Shown one piece after another: positions 48,063 to 58,081 of a DNA stretch of 64,000 nt; the first letter of the stretch is position 1, and every line of letters begins with the position of its first letter. This DNA comes from Candidatus Thorarchaeota archaeon (GTDB lineage: Archaea; Asgardarchaeota; Thorarchaeia; Thorarchaeales; Thorarchaeaceae). Made by a program: the position numbers and the translations under genes. The stretch covers positions 1 through 64,000 of the forward strand of contig JAFGAR010000025.1 in assembly GCA_016933575.1 (NCBI GenBank). Direction: 5' to 3'. Below the pieces are notes generated by a model. That model was given only the letters and a program-made list of their open reading frames with translations. It was not told the origin of the DNA and did not search any database.

Positions 48063-48419
48063 CTAGTAGCTGCCTAACCAGCCCAAGTTTGTACCTTTAT
48101 CATCGAGGATATCTACTCTTGTATCAGCCCGTTCACCATCTGCATATCGAATGTAACAACGAATGGTAAAGGTTCTACTACACGTTTTACACTTAACGAT
48201 CCAGTCTTCAATTACCTCTTCCACTCCACTCCCTTTGAGAGTTTCCTTATCCTTCCTAAAATGAAGAAGCTCTAGTTCTTTGCCATCACACTGATATGTA
48301 CACTCCTTCAAAGGAATGCCCTCCATACCTCTTCTCCCTAGAGCTACAAACACCTCATCAGGCAAATTATCTAATGATAGTTCGTCTGTCATCTTTAACA
48401 CTAGAGAGTTTGTTACCAC
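48063..48419 (-). CDS. Small Zn-binding hypothetical protein
   Basis: CTYQC...CKTC. Confidence 0.65.
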   Translation of the reverse strand: MVTNSLVLKMTDELSLDNLPDEVFVALGRRGMEGIPLKECTYQCDGKELELLHFRKDKETLKGSGVEEVIEDWIVKCKTCSRTFTIRCYIRYADGERADTRVDILDDKGTNLGWLGSY

Positions 48420-48438
48420 TAGTGATAAATGAATTTGT

Positions 48439-49356
48439 TTGCCCTATCATCTCATGCGATTGGTAACGTATTCACGGATGGGTGTTCCCTCGATAGGTGT
48501 AGAACTAGATTCAGGGATTCTCGATATACCTGATGCTGCATCTTATTTTGGCCGTAAGTATCATGTTAGAGGACAGAGCTTTCCATCAACAATGTTGGAC
48601 CTACTGAGTTGGGAGTCTGGAATTGATGTTGTTCGACAGATTGTAGAGCGATATAATCAAACGCCTTCTGGAGAACGTCTTCTCACTCTGTCACTGGACT
48701 CTATCACACTTGAGGCACCAATCCAACGACCAGGTAAGATTGTCGCTCTGGGTCGCAACTATCCTGAGCATGCTAAGGAAACTGGCTCAGAAGTTCCCAA
48801 ATTTCCCATAATCTTCGCCAAATTTCCCTCTTGTGTGATTGGTCCAAATGATACGATTCACATTCCCAAGGTATCAACAAAAATTGATTGGGAAGTTGAA
48901 CTTGCCATAGTAATTGGGAAAGTCTGCAAAGATGTTAGCGAGGAGAAGGCACTCCAGTATATCGCTGGATATACAATTATCAATGATGTCAGTGCTAGGG
49001 ACCTACAACGCCAAGATGTTCAATATGTACGTGCCAAGTCTCTTGATGATTTCTGTCCCATGGGACCCTGCATTGTTACAACAGATGAAATAGGCGACGG
49101 TAGCGGGTTAAAAATGTCCACAGCAATTAGTGGCATATTAAAACAGAACTCTACTACTTCCAATATGATGTTCAAAGTTCCTCATATCATATCGTATCTG
49201 TCTAAATCATTCACCCTTGAACCTGGAGATATCATTGCGACAGGAACACCTGAGGGAGTTGGTTTTGCAAGAGACCCTCCTGAATATCTAAAATCTGGTG
49301 ACATTGTTGATCAATATATAGAGAAGATTGGCTTTCTACGAAATCCTGTGAAATAG
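48439..49356 (+). CDS. Fumarylacetoacetate hydrolase family protein
   Basis: GRNYPEH, DWEVELA, NDVSARD, KSLD, TGTPEGVG. Confidence 0.92.
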   Translation: MPYHLMRLVTYSRMGVPSIGVELDSGILDIPDAASYFGRKYHVRGQSFPSTMLDLLSWESGIDVVRQIVERYNQTPSGERLLTLSLDSITLEAPIQRPGKIVALGRNYPEHAKETGSEVPKFPIIFAKFPSCVIGPNDTIHIPKVSTKIDWEVELAIVIGKVCKDVSEEKALQYIAGYTIINDVSARDLQRQDVQYVRAKSLDDFCPMGPCIVTTDEIGDGSGLKMSTAISGILKQNSTTSNMMFKVPHIISYLSKSFTLEPGDIIATGTPEGVGFARDPPEYLKSGDIVDQYIEKIGFLRNPVK

Positions 49357-49375
49357 TATTTTGTAAAAAGTCAAA

Positions 49376-51670
49376 TCATCGACTCGCAAATTTCACATGT
49401 AGAATCTGTCCTGCTTGAAATTGGTAGTAAACCTCTATCACTTCAGGAGCGGTCTGATCAAACTCAATCCTCTTTTCATTAACAGATGCGGCTATTGGTT
49501 TCCAATCACTGCCACAGGTGATGAATATCTTCTCTGGGTAACGAGTACTTTTCGTTATCTTGACCTGTAACTCTCTTGTCGCGTCTGTCCAACTTACATT
49601 TGATAGTTCAACTGCACCTTGAGTGAAGTGAATACTTGTAGCGAGTATATTGGGCGTATTTGTCTCTGGGCGAATGCACAAGAGTTGACAGGCATGCGCT
49701 TTCAATTTTGAAACGGTCACTGACTTCTCAGAGAGTCCATCGTAAGTCTGATCCCAGAAATTGAAGACATGGTGTGGTATCGCCTCGTGTAATCCTACAT
49801 CTTCTAGATTGAATGTCACATCAATGGGCGTTTCAGAGAGGTTAATCACACCCACAACAGCCCATCTCCCAAGAGGTGTTTCGAGAGGCATTGCAAATAC
49901 TCTAGGTTCGGAACTCTCGAGAAAATCTACAGAGAATGCACCTCTCTTACCAGGTGGTAATAGTCTGTCAATTATTCTCAATCGGTCCTCAGACACCTCT
50001 GGCATTCGGTCACCAAGGAATAGAAGCCCACCACTCAGACCGACTAATGTCGCCCAGAGCCTAACCTCGTCCAACGTGAGGTTATTATCATCTTGTCTCA
50101 CCAAGACACAGTCAGGGTCATTCAGCCAGAATCTGTTATGAAGGAAAGCTCGAGTCATAGTATTTATTGAGCATTCATAGACCCCTCCGCCCCAATCATA
50201 CTTCCAAGCAGTTCCAATATCATTTCCAATACGTAATCCATTTACTATGCCAATACACGGACCAAGTGGAGCTCCCGAGCCTACAATAAAGGCATCATCG
50301 ACTGCTTCTCTTATGGCTAATAGACCACTACGGATTGCAGAGGCTCGGGTCATTGACATATCATGACGTTTTCCTGATATCGATGCATAATGAAGAAAAT
50401 CGATCTTGAAGTAGTCAAAGCCTTCATTCCGTAGCTCTTTGAAGGTCTTTTTAATGAATTGCAGAACCTTCGGGTGAGTAAGATCAAGAGGATAGAACTT
50501 GCCCAACCAGAGAGGATTCTCTCCTGCAATGACCGGGTTGTCATCATCATCCCTGATAAACCAATCAGGCTTATCCTTGAACAATCTCGAGTGCTCTGAT
50601 GCAATAAAGGGAGCTATCCAGATGCCACTCTTATATCCCAGTGATTTGATTCTTGTTGATAGAGGCTTGAGACCGCCACTGAACCTTGTGTTGACCTCCC
50701 AGTCCCCTATGCTCTTCTGATATCCATCATCGATTCGAATCCAATCGATCTCTTTTCCAAATCGGTCCTTCAAGAATTGTGCGTTTGCCATAATCTCATT
50801 CTCATCAGGCATTGTATAATAGAAGTACCAGCTTGTCCAACCGGTCTTTGCCCGATTCCATTTTGAAGACTGCATTCTCTGTGCAGTGATGTCTGCGTAC
50901 AATTCCAGTCCATGATTTGGATTTCTGGAATAGAGACATAGTAGTTCCTCCGAAACAAGAGAGCCTCTCTCTTTTACTATGATGTCATCAGTCAAAGATG
51001 AAGCAAGAATCTGAACTAATCGCTTGTGTGTATCATCATTACCTAATGCTGAAATGGTTGTGAATTGATTTATCGAGGATACAAAGCCGATTACCAAGGC
51101 ATGCTCTGTTTCACTGTTACTAAGTGAAGTAAATGAGTGGCTTACATTCTCACCTGTATTGATTTGTTGACTCTGAGCTAAATCCCAGGAATGGAAACCG
51201 TTTCTGAAGAATCTAAGATTTCCACAATCCCATCCTGTCACAATGCGATTCTCAGTGTCAACATCAATGACCAGCGAATCAATTGATCTGATACTCACCT
51301 CTTTTCCGCGATTCTTGAACTGAACCACAATCGAATATCCTGGTTGTTTGATGACCATACTAAGTCTGATATTGATTTCAAAGGCCTTGTCTGAATTTTC
51401 AAGGCGAATGACAACAATCTTGCCTTGCCCTCGGTCATCAGCGAAGTCAAGAGAACTAATGCCTTTGTATACCAAATGACGTGTATCCCACACTTCATGG
51501 TTGGTTTGAACTTGAGCGTACCCTCTTGTGAAATACGTGACCTTGTTGTCACTTGAGGAGTAGGTAAATGTACCTAACCGAAAACTGTACGAAATTGCAT
51601 CAATATCATTACTCAGCCGAACAGTCTCCTCACCGACTTCAATGGTGCAATGACTATTGTTCGTGCTCAA
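49376..51670 (-). CDS. GH36-type alpha-galactosidase
   Basis: GWTSWY, IDDGYQ, GIWIAPF, FKIDF nucleophile, RIGND acid/base, NDPD. Confidence 0.88.
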   Translation of the reverse strand: MSTNNSHCTIEVGEETVRLSNDIDAISYSFRLGTFTYSSSDNKVTYFTRGYAQVQTNHEVWDTRHLVYKGISSLDFADDRGQGKIVVIRLENSDKAFEINIRLSMVIKQPGYSIVVQFKNRGKEVSIRSIDSLVIDVDTENRIVTGWDCGNLRFFRNGFHSWDLAQSQQINTGENVSHSFTSLSNSETEHALVIGFVSSINQFTTISALGNDDTHKRLVQILASSLTDDIIVKERGSLVSEELLCLYSRNPNHGLELYADITAQRMQSSKWNRAKTGWTSWYFYYTMPDENEIMANAQFLKDRFGKEIDWIRIDDGYQKSIGDWEVNTRFSGGLKPLSTRIKSLGYKSGIWIAPFIASEHSRLFKDKPDWFIRDDDDNPVIAGENPLWLGKFYPLDLTHPKVLQFIKKTFKELRNEGFDYFKIDFLHYASISGKRHDMSMTRASAIRSGLLAIREAVDDAFIVGSGAPLGPCIGIVNGLRIGNDIGTAWKYDWGGGVYECSINTMTRAFLHNRFWLNDPDCVLVRQDDNNLTLDEVRLWATLVGLSGGLLFLGDRMPEVSEDRLRIIDRLLPPGKRGAFSVDFLESSEPRVFAMPLETPLGRWAVVGVINLSETPIDVTFNLEDVGLHEAIPHHVFNFWDQTYDGLSEKSVTVSKLKAHACQLLCIRPETNTPNILATSIHFTQGAVELSNVSWTDATRELQVKITKSTRYPEKIFITCGSDWKPIAASVNEKRIEFDQTAPEVIEVYYQFQAGQILHVKFASR

Positions 51671-51750
51671 GTATGGAACCTCCTCAGTAGTATTATCGAA
51701 TTCGACTAATACTCTTATTGCTATAATGGATTTGAGGCCACTAAAGATTT

Positions 51751-52317
51751 CTAATTTCCTCTAATTCTTGCTGCTCTGTCTAGAGCTTCTTCTGATGCCT
51801 CGTACTCGAACATGCTTCTCTCTGCTCTGGCTAAAATCTCCCAGGCTTCTGCATCATCCTTTTTCAAGGTGAGATATGCTTTGATGTATTTCTTCACGTT
51901 CTCCCAATCATTTAGCTTTTCATAGCAAACAGCCGCATAGAATGTTCCCCTTTTATGGTCCATTTTTGGTCCTGCCAGTTCTGTAAATATCAGAAGCGCA
52001 TTCTCCCATTCCTCATTCTCGAAATGTTCCATTGCTTCATCATATCTAATCTCCATATCTCCGTAGTCTGCAATCCTTGAAGCAAATGTTCCCTGAAGGA
52101 TAGCTGCAGCGCAGCATACAAGTATTGTAGCCAACAGGATACTCATTCCCAGAGCTACTCCGGGATTAATGGGTAAGATGCCTTGACCTCCCAGCCAAGC
52201 TATTATTATGCCACCTATTGCAATAAGCACTGCTAGGATACCAACATATCTATACGGTATGTTGGCTCTTCCCGCTTCATCTTCTGGTATCATTCCTGGC
52301 ATCATACTAGTGAGCAA
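51751..52317 (-). CDS. 2-TM protein with C-terminal TPR repeats
   Basis: Two hydrophobic helices; TPR-like YAAVCY...AWEILA. Confidence 0.7.
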   Translation of the reverse strand: MLTSMMPGMIPEDEAGRANIPYRYVGILAVLIAIGGIIIAWLGGQGILPINPGVALGMSILLATILVCCAAAILQGTFASRIADYGDMEIRYDEAMEHFENEEWENALLIFTELAGPKMDHKRGTFYAAVCYEKLNDWENVKKYIKAYLTLKKDDAEAWEILARAERSMFEYEASEEALDRAARIRGN

Positions 52318-52348
52318 GCTCCTGTTCCTTTTAGGTCTGATGAATCAA

Positions 52349-53059
52349 TCAATCCTTACTCTTTGTCTTCTCCTTGACTCTTCTCTCATGTTCTTCCTGA
52401 TCTTGTCTTGATATGAGTCTGTTTCGCGACACATTGATCCATTGATTGATTCTCTCAGTTAATGCTGGATTTAGTTCCATTGCAAGTTCAGCGTATGCAA
52501 TAGCTTTCTCATCTTCTTCCTCAATAAAATGCGCATTTGCTTTATTATAGAATGCTTCGGCGTAATCTGGTTTCAATACAACAGCTCTTGTGTATGCCTC
52601 AATCGCTTTTTGACCATCTGCTAATCTGGAGAAGCAATTACCGAGGTTATTCCATGCCTCTGCATCTTCGGGATTGATATCGAGAGCCTTCTCATAGCAT
52701 TCCTTTGCTTTTTCAAAGTCACTCTGTTCATAGAGTGCGGTTGCTTTATTGAACCAGAGTTCGAATATACCATTATCAATTGCGAGAGCTTCATCGTACG
52801 CTCTAATAGCTTCATCATATTCTCCGTTATCTACAAAGGCATATCCAAGGTTGTACCACCCCTCGATAGAATTGGGATTATCTTCCACAAGATTACGAAG
52901 TATATCTATTGCCTCATCAATGAGTCCCTCTTCTATCAAATCTATTGCTCTCTGAATGGTACTCTCATCTTTCATTTTAACCATGATTCGAATATCAACT
53001 ACTTCGAATAATCCTTTCCCAATGTACTCACTCTGGTTTCTTAGCAGTCTGCCTTGCAA
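52349..53059 (-). CDS. TPR repeat protein (true start probably near 52985)
   Basis: Repeated WYNLG/WFNKA/WNNLG/FYNKA. Confidence 0.9.
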   Translation of the reverse strand: MQGRLLRNQSEYIGKGLFEVVDIRIMVKMKDESTIQRAIDLIEEGLIDEAIDILRNLVEDNPNSIEGWYNLGYAFVDNGEYDEAIRAYDEALAIDNGIFELWFNKATALYEQSDFEKAKECYEKALDINPEDAEAWNNLGNCFSRLADGQKAIEAYTRAVVLKPDYAEAFYNKANAHFIEEEDEKAIAYAELAMELNPALTERINQWINVSRNRLISRQDQEEHERRVKEKTKSKD

Positions 53060-53453
53060 TGATTGTAAGAATAATTCCAGCTGTGGAAGCCGAGCTAATT
53101 GCTAGATTGAGAAAATCAAATAGAGCGGCAACTCCTGCAGCCATGTATAGAGTTCCCAGGTTTATTATGAGACCAATAAGTCCTACACCCACAGCAATAC
53201 CGATGATGAATTTGCCAGTGCCAACGCGATTTGTCGTCAATAGAAACCCACCAGCAATCGCAGCAACTCCCCCAAGATCTGCAATGTTCTGTAAAATTAA
53301 GAGAAGAATCGTCATTATCTCTACAGTAGTAGGGAAATATAATGTGACATAGGCAATAATGGTTCCATAGAAACCGATACTACCTGCAATACCTGCAATT
53401 ATGAGTAAAATTCCACCAAGAAGGCAGAGTAGGAATGATGTCCTATTTTGCAA
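53028..53453 (-). CDS. Gly/Ala-rich 4-TM membrane protein
   Basis: Four hydrophobic helices; SD GGTGA. Confidence 0.7.
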   Translation of the reverse strand: MQNRTSFLLCLLGGILLIIAGIAGSIGFYGTIIAYVTLYFPTTVEIMTILLLILQNIADLGGVAAIAGGFLLTTNRVGTGKFIIGIAVGVGLIGLIINLGTLYMAAGVAALFDFLNLAISSASTAGIILTIIARQTAKKPE

Positions 53454-53516
53454 TAAATCACCCTTTACTGTTGATGCATTTGTACTATAACTCTATTTCG
53501 GAGTATAGCAACATGT

Positions 53517-54362
53517 TCACCAAATTGGTCTCTTGATGGCCTTTCTTGCTTCAAAATGAAATATGTGAGTATACCCTACTCTTTTCAGTAGAGCTGATGC
53601 TTGGTGGATACCTGCTCCGACATCAGCCGGAGAGTGAGCATCTGACCCTATCGTCACGACAGTGATTCCAAACTCTTTGAGCGCTCTTACAATATTCTCT
53701 TCTGGCATTGGCTGAGTCTGTTTCCGTCTCAGTGGCGAAGTATTGATTTCAAAACCAACATTATGTTTCTTCATTGCCTGAACGATTGTCTTCAGATGGG
53801 GTTTCCATATTTCATGGATTTCTTCTCCATAAAAAATCTGACCAAATCGCCTGTATAGATCAAGATGTGCCAATATATCAAAGAGCTCTGTCTCTATTGC
53901 TTCTAGAAGCAGTGTGTAGTATTTCTCGCCGAGTTCGGGGGCAGTATATCTTGAAAAGGCATGCTCCGCCCTATCACTAGCTGAAATTGCTATGTGATCT
54001 ATAAGATGTGTTGAGCCTAGAATCAAATCAAAGTCTGTTGCATAGAATCGTTCTGGGAGTGCTCCATCCATCTCTGGAATATAATCGACTTCTACTCCCA
54101 GACGGACTCTCAATCCTTGATCTTTATAGGTGTCATCTGCAGTTCGTACTTCAGATTCATATTCTTCAAGCCACAGATTAGAACGTGTGCTGACTCTTCT
54201 CCCCTTCACATTGACAAAACAATCATCTGTAGAAGAATCAGTATCCAAGTGTGTAGTGAACGCAATCTCCTGCAATCCTCCTTGTATAGCCATCTTACAA
54301 AATGACTCAATGCTTCCTTCAGCGTCAATTGAATAATTAGGATGAAGATGATAGTCCATCAT
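53517..54362 (-). CDS. hisK: PHP-family phosphatase (HisK histidinol-phosphatase-like)
   Basis: DYHLH, TTH, GVEVD, GSTH, AHLD, EINTS, GSDAH. Confidence 0.8.
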   Translation of the reverse strand: MMDYHLHPNYSIDAEGSIESFCKMAIQGGLQEIAFTTHLDTDSSTDDCFVNVKGRRVSTRSNLWLEEYESEVRTADDTYKDQGLRVRLGVEVDYIPEMDGALPERFYATDFDLILGSTHLIDHIAISASDRAEHAFSRYTAPELGEKYYTLLLEAIETELFDILAHLDLYRRFGQIFYGEEIHEIWKPHLKTIVQAMKKHNVGFEINTSPLRRKQTQPMPEENIVRALKEFGITVVTIGSDAHSPADVGAGIHQASALLKRVGYTHIFHFEARKAIKRPIW

Positions 54363-54415
54363 TGATGGCCCTCTTGGAGGCGTATATTTCAGTATACCTA
54401 TAGTTGAAGAAGTGA

Positions 54416-55657
54416 CTATTCCATCTGAATACTATCTTCCACTATAGAGATCCCAGCATGCGATACTACTTGTGTTTCAGCCTCTTTTAGAAATAATGCT
54501 ACTACTGTTGCTAGCACTGTTGTGACTACGAGAAATAGAATCGAAGATTGAAGCCCATAATAGTCTCCAATGATTCCAAATATTATGGGTGAGATTGCTC
54601 CTGGAATTGAACCAATCGAGAATATGAGACCGAACGCCAATCCCCTGGATTTGCGTGGACAGATCTCTGTTTGATACGCTGTGTTTGCTGGTACTCCAAG
54701 ATAAAAGAAGAAGCCAATCACGATAAGGACGAAGAGGAGTGCCATCTCTGACAAGGAATAGTTGAGGAGTAATAGAGCTGGTGTTGCTAGTCCTGTTGAT
54801 ATGACTAGGAACGGTACTCTTCTATTCATTTTATCCGAAAGATATGATGAAACAATTTCACCTACAAGGCCTGCGGAGAGCATTATAGCTGTCAAATATC
54901 CTGCTGTCACAATACTTTCTCCATATGTGACGACAAGATAGAGCGGCATTAGTAATGATGTACATCTGAACGACATTCCACGTAATCCCATCAACACTAA
55001 TCCGAGCCAGAAATTACGAGTCCATCCATCTGGACCTTCACACCCGAGGTCTTCATCTGATTCTGCATTGAAATGTGCATATTTTCCGTTCGAGGCTCTC
55101 ATCAATAGGAATGTGGGAACGAATAGAACGAATCCTATGATACCAAGAATCCTAAGCGACGCTTGCCATGTATTCAGCATGAGAAGTAATGTCACACCTA
55201 AGAATGGAGTGATTGCCATTCCTATGAGACCTCCCATCGCCTGAATGCCTGTTGCCTTAGATCGTTCTGAATGCGGGAATTTCTCAGTTAGAGCGGGAAA
55301 CGAGCTGGGGTGATATCCAGAGGCACCTAAGCCAAGCAATATCTGAAAAATAACAATCCAGACGAATTCCTGAGCCATACTTGTCAAAATGATGGCAACG
55401 GACGCTCCCAAGATGCTTACTGAAATGAAGGCGTCTCTCCAGCCCCTGTCTCCCATATATCCCACCAGTAGGTGAGCAGTAGTCATTGAGAGAACTGCTG
55501 CACTCGTGATGATTCCCAAGTCTGTATAGCTTATTCCGAGATCTGTTTGAATCTCGGTGAGAAAGGGTGAGAGAGCTCCTGTAAAGACGTGATTCATAAA
55601 ATGAGAAATGGTGCATGCTGCTAGAACCGCATATGATGCTCTCGTAGCTCGTGACAA
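54416..55657 (-). CDS. MFS transporter (Fsr-like)
   Basis: 12 TM, GYMGDR, GASGYHP, LSDKMNRR. Confidence 0.88.
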   Translation of the reverse strand: MSRATRASYAVLAACTISHFMNHVFTGALSPFLTEIQTDLGISYTDLGIITSAAVLSMTTAHLLVGYMGDRGWRDAFISVSILGASVAIILTSMAQEFVWIVIFQILLGLGASGYHPSSFPALTEKFPHSERSKATGIQAMGGLIGMAITPFLGVTLLLMLNTWQASLRILGIIGFVLFVPTFLLMRASNGKYAHFNAESDEDLGCEGPDGWTRNFWLGLVLMGLRGMSFRCTSLLMPLYLVVTYGESIVTAGYLTAIMLSAGLVGEIVSSYLSDKMNRRVPFLVISTGLATPALLLLNYSLSEMALLFVLIVIGFFFYLGVPANTAYQTEICPRKSRGLAFGLIFSIGSIPGAISPIIFGIIGDYYGLQSSILFLVVTTVLATVVALFLKEAETQVVSHAGISIVEDSIQME

Positions 55658-55750
55658 TAGAATGAATCACATCCAGGTATTCAGCCATTGCCAGTCTGAC
55701 GTTGAATTAAACATACTGATACTGACATCTGGAGTAATTATTCAATCTTG

Positions 55751-55825
55751 AAAAATAGTGTCGGTGAGCTGGCGAACAGAGGTAAACCTCTGGTCACCAG
55801 CATATCCGACTTCGACTCGGAAAGG
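55751..55825 (-). ncRNA. Candidate small structured RNA or attenuator upstream of the MFS gene
   Basis: Long hairpin with G.U pair on minus strand, oligo-T at 55751-55755, TATA-like tttaaatatta at 55853-55863. Confidence 0.45.
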
Positions 55826-55909
55826 TTGTTTGTATTGAAATCAAACTCCCTTTAATATTTAAAGGACAGGTTTCAAGGCAATCAAAGTGTTTGAAGATAC
55901 ACCTTGAAA

Positions 55910-57907
55910 CTAAACCAACAATCCTGAGCACCAGAGCACGATGCGTAAGACCAGCTGCCCATTATCAGCTTCGCCATACTCGCCTAGTAATGCCCAGTTG
56001 TCAAGCATGTAGTTGCTTCCTGTAACAACCAATCGCCCAGTTCCTTCTTTATATCCCATTACAGGCATAATTCCATAACGTGCAAGTCCATGTCCATCGC
56101 CAAGAATCTGGATTGTCGCTCCTAAGTAATGAAATGAATTCACTCCTGATGTGATTATATGAGAATCAATATCATCAATCAAAGCAGGTGTATCTCCGCT
56201 TGGAACTTCGGAGGAAGTCATTGTGAAACCAGTCCAATCAAGAAATTCGTTCAAAGCAGTCAGATTAGCTACTGATTCTGATAGGCCTACTACGAAGAGT
56301 CCTCCCCCAGCATTGTAATAATCCTCGTAAGCGTGAATCTCAGTTTCTGAAAAGGGAAGTGAATAGTCCGTCACACTTGTAGGAATAGTCTCATTCCTTG
56401 AATAGACGCAGGGATCAAGAAGAACTACTGCATCGAATTGTTGAAGGAAGCTTAGTGTGGTCAATGAACTATTACGTATCTCTGTCACTGAGATATCATT
56501 ATCGACAAGTACTTTGTAGAATTCTCTGAACTGCCCATAGATCGTGTCCAAATCCCATGGTGTATGCGATATATCAAAGGCTACTCTACCTACTGATGTT
56601 CCAACATCAATCGAGATGGTGAGTTCTGTCACTCCAAAATCCGGCGATGTGAATGTGATGTTACCTTGGATGACTGTTGCACCAGAGTCTGGTATCTCTA
56701 CTGTGATTGGGACTCTTGCTGTCTGATTGACCTCGATGGTGTTCTCAATGATGAAGACTGAAGGTGTATCACTGTCTATCTCAACATCAAAAGTCGTGTA
56801 TCCAGAGGTCAGGAGTCTGATATCAAAGGAATATGTATCTCCCTCGAATAATCGCTCAAAATCGATGGGTAGAGTGCCTGGGAATGCATAGCTTATGATT
56901 GGTAACTCACCGTCTAATGATGTCTGTTCTATGATGTAGAGCGACTGTTGAAGGTTGAGTTTTCCTGCTCCAACCTCGTAGTCTGGATATGCTGCCATCG
57001 AATCAGCTCCCTTCAGGAGAGCTGTCATGATGGTTCCAGGTGTATATGTAATATTGTTAGTTAGGCAGTAACCAATGAGTGCTGCTGCAGCTCCAGCTAC
57101 TCTAGGTGCTGAAAAGCTTGTTCCGTAATATCGTGTACCACTACTATCAGTAATATATCCTGGTGCACAGATATCTGGTTTCATTGTTTTCTCACGGGTA
57201 GGTCCTGTGGATGAGTAATCAGCTAGTTCACCATTTTCCGAGAGCGCACCAACAGCAATACATACATCAAATACTGCCGGGGATTCAACTGTTGTACCAG
57301 GAATTCCACTATCTCCCGAGTTACCAGCAGAAGTTGTTATTACTACTCCTTGGGAAAAAGCCCAATTCAAAGCATCCTCAATAGGATCTCCAAGGGTTGG
57401 AGTCCCTCCAAGACTCAGATTGATGACACTCGCGTTTTGTTCAACCACCCAATGAATTGCTTCGACGAGTGCCATTGTTGTGGCTGAACCATCATCTCCC
57501 ATGACCTTCGCATTAATAATCAGAGTATTTCCTATTGTAGCAATCTGTTTGGCTATCAATGTCCCATGAGGAACATTATCTGGCCTCGAATCCGACACTG
57601 TTAGGTCTGTACTTGGATATCCATTTGCAACTGTAACAAAACTCTGTTCTGCCACCACTCTTCCCTGTAGTGAGAAATCTATGTCAACTCCTGAGTCGAT
57701 GACAGCAACTCTGACTGGTTCATATGAAGAAGTGTTTGTCGGATTATAATTCCCGATGAAGACAAGCCCTGTAGATACAACGACCATGATGATAATGATA
57801 AGCGCGATGATTCTCGTTCCATTAGATCGTGGTTTTCGTTGTGGTTGTGCAGTTTCCCAGTAAAAGCTCACTATTGACACCTGATTGAAATAGACCGCGC
57901 GCGGCAT
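55910..57907 (-). CDS. Membrane-anchored S8 subtilase, site-1 protease (MBTPS1)-like (probable start GTG 57871)
   Basis: VIDSG, PHGT, SAGN, GTSFSAP triad; C-terminal FDISH...WDLDTIYGQFREFY GATase-like domain. Confidence 0.85.
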   Translation of the reverse strand: MPRAVYFNQVSIVSFYWETAQPQRKPRSNGTRIIALIIIIMVVVSTGLVFIGNYNPTNTSSYEPVRVAVIDSGVDIDFSLQGRVVAEQSFVTVANGYPSTDLTVSDSRPDNVPHGTLIAKQIATIGNTLIINAKVMGDDGSATTMALVEAIHWVVEQNASVINLSLGGTPTLGDPIEDALNWAFSQGVVITTSAGNSGDSGIPGTTVESPAVFDVCIAVGALSENGELADYSSTGPTREKTMKPDICAPGYITDSSGTRYYGTSFSAPRVAGAAAALIGYCLTNNITYTPGTIMTALLKGADSMAAYPDYEVGAGKLNLQQSLYIIEQTSLDGELPIISYAFPGTLPIDFERLFEGDTYSFDIRLLTSGYTTFDVEIDSDTPSVFIIENTIEVNQTARVPITVEIPDSGATVIQGNITFTSPDFGVTELTISIDVGTSVGRVAFDISHTPWDLDTIYGQFREFYKVLVDNDISVTEIRNSSLTTLSFLQQFDAVVLLDPCVYSRNETIPTSVTDYSLPFSETEIHAYEDYYNAGGGLFVVGLSESVANLTALNEFLDWTGFTMTSSEVPSGDTPALIDDIDSHIITSGVNSFHYLGATIQILGDGHGLARYGIMPVMGYKEGTGRLVVTGSNYMLDNWALLGEYGEADNGQLVLRIVLWCSGLLV

Positions 57908-58081
57908 TCAAAAGTTACGCTGAATCCTCAAGAACCTATCGACATGGGTATAATTGAACCAAGCTGAAAAGCTTCAAAAGGTTCTTTCTCTAGCCGTCTA
58001 GTGTCGTAGGAATAATGGGACCATTCCAGTTTCATTTATCTGCGATAATATCATCATCTACTCCTTCAAGAGGTATAGACT

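Noticed and set aside
55760-55821. Plus-strand resemblance to the ZMP/ZTP riboswitch 5' half (CTGGCGAACAG), SECIS or H/ACA RNA
   Set aside because: Lacks GGGAG and the 3' GCCCGCCTGGGC hairpin and has no downstream + strand gene; no GA/GA quartet or upstream UGA gene for SECIS; no open pocket or K-turn for H/ACA
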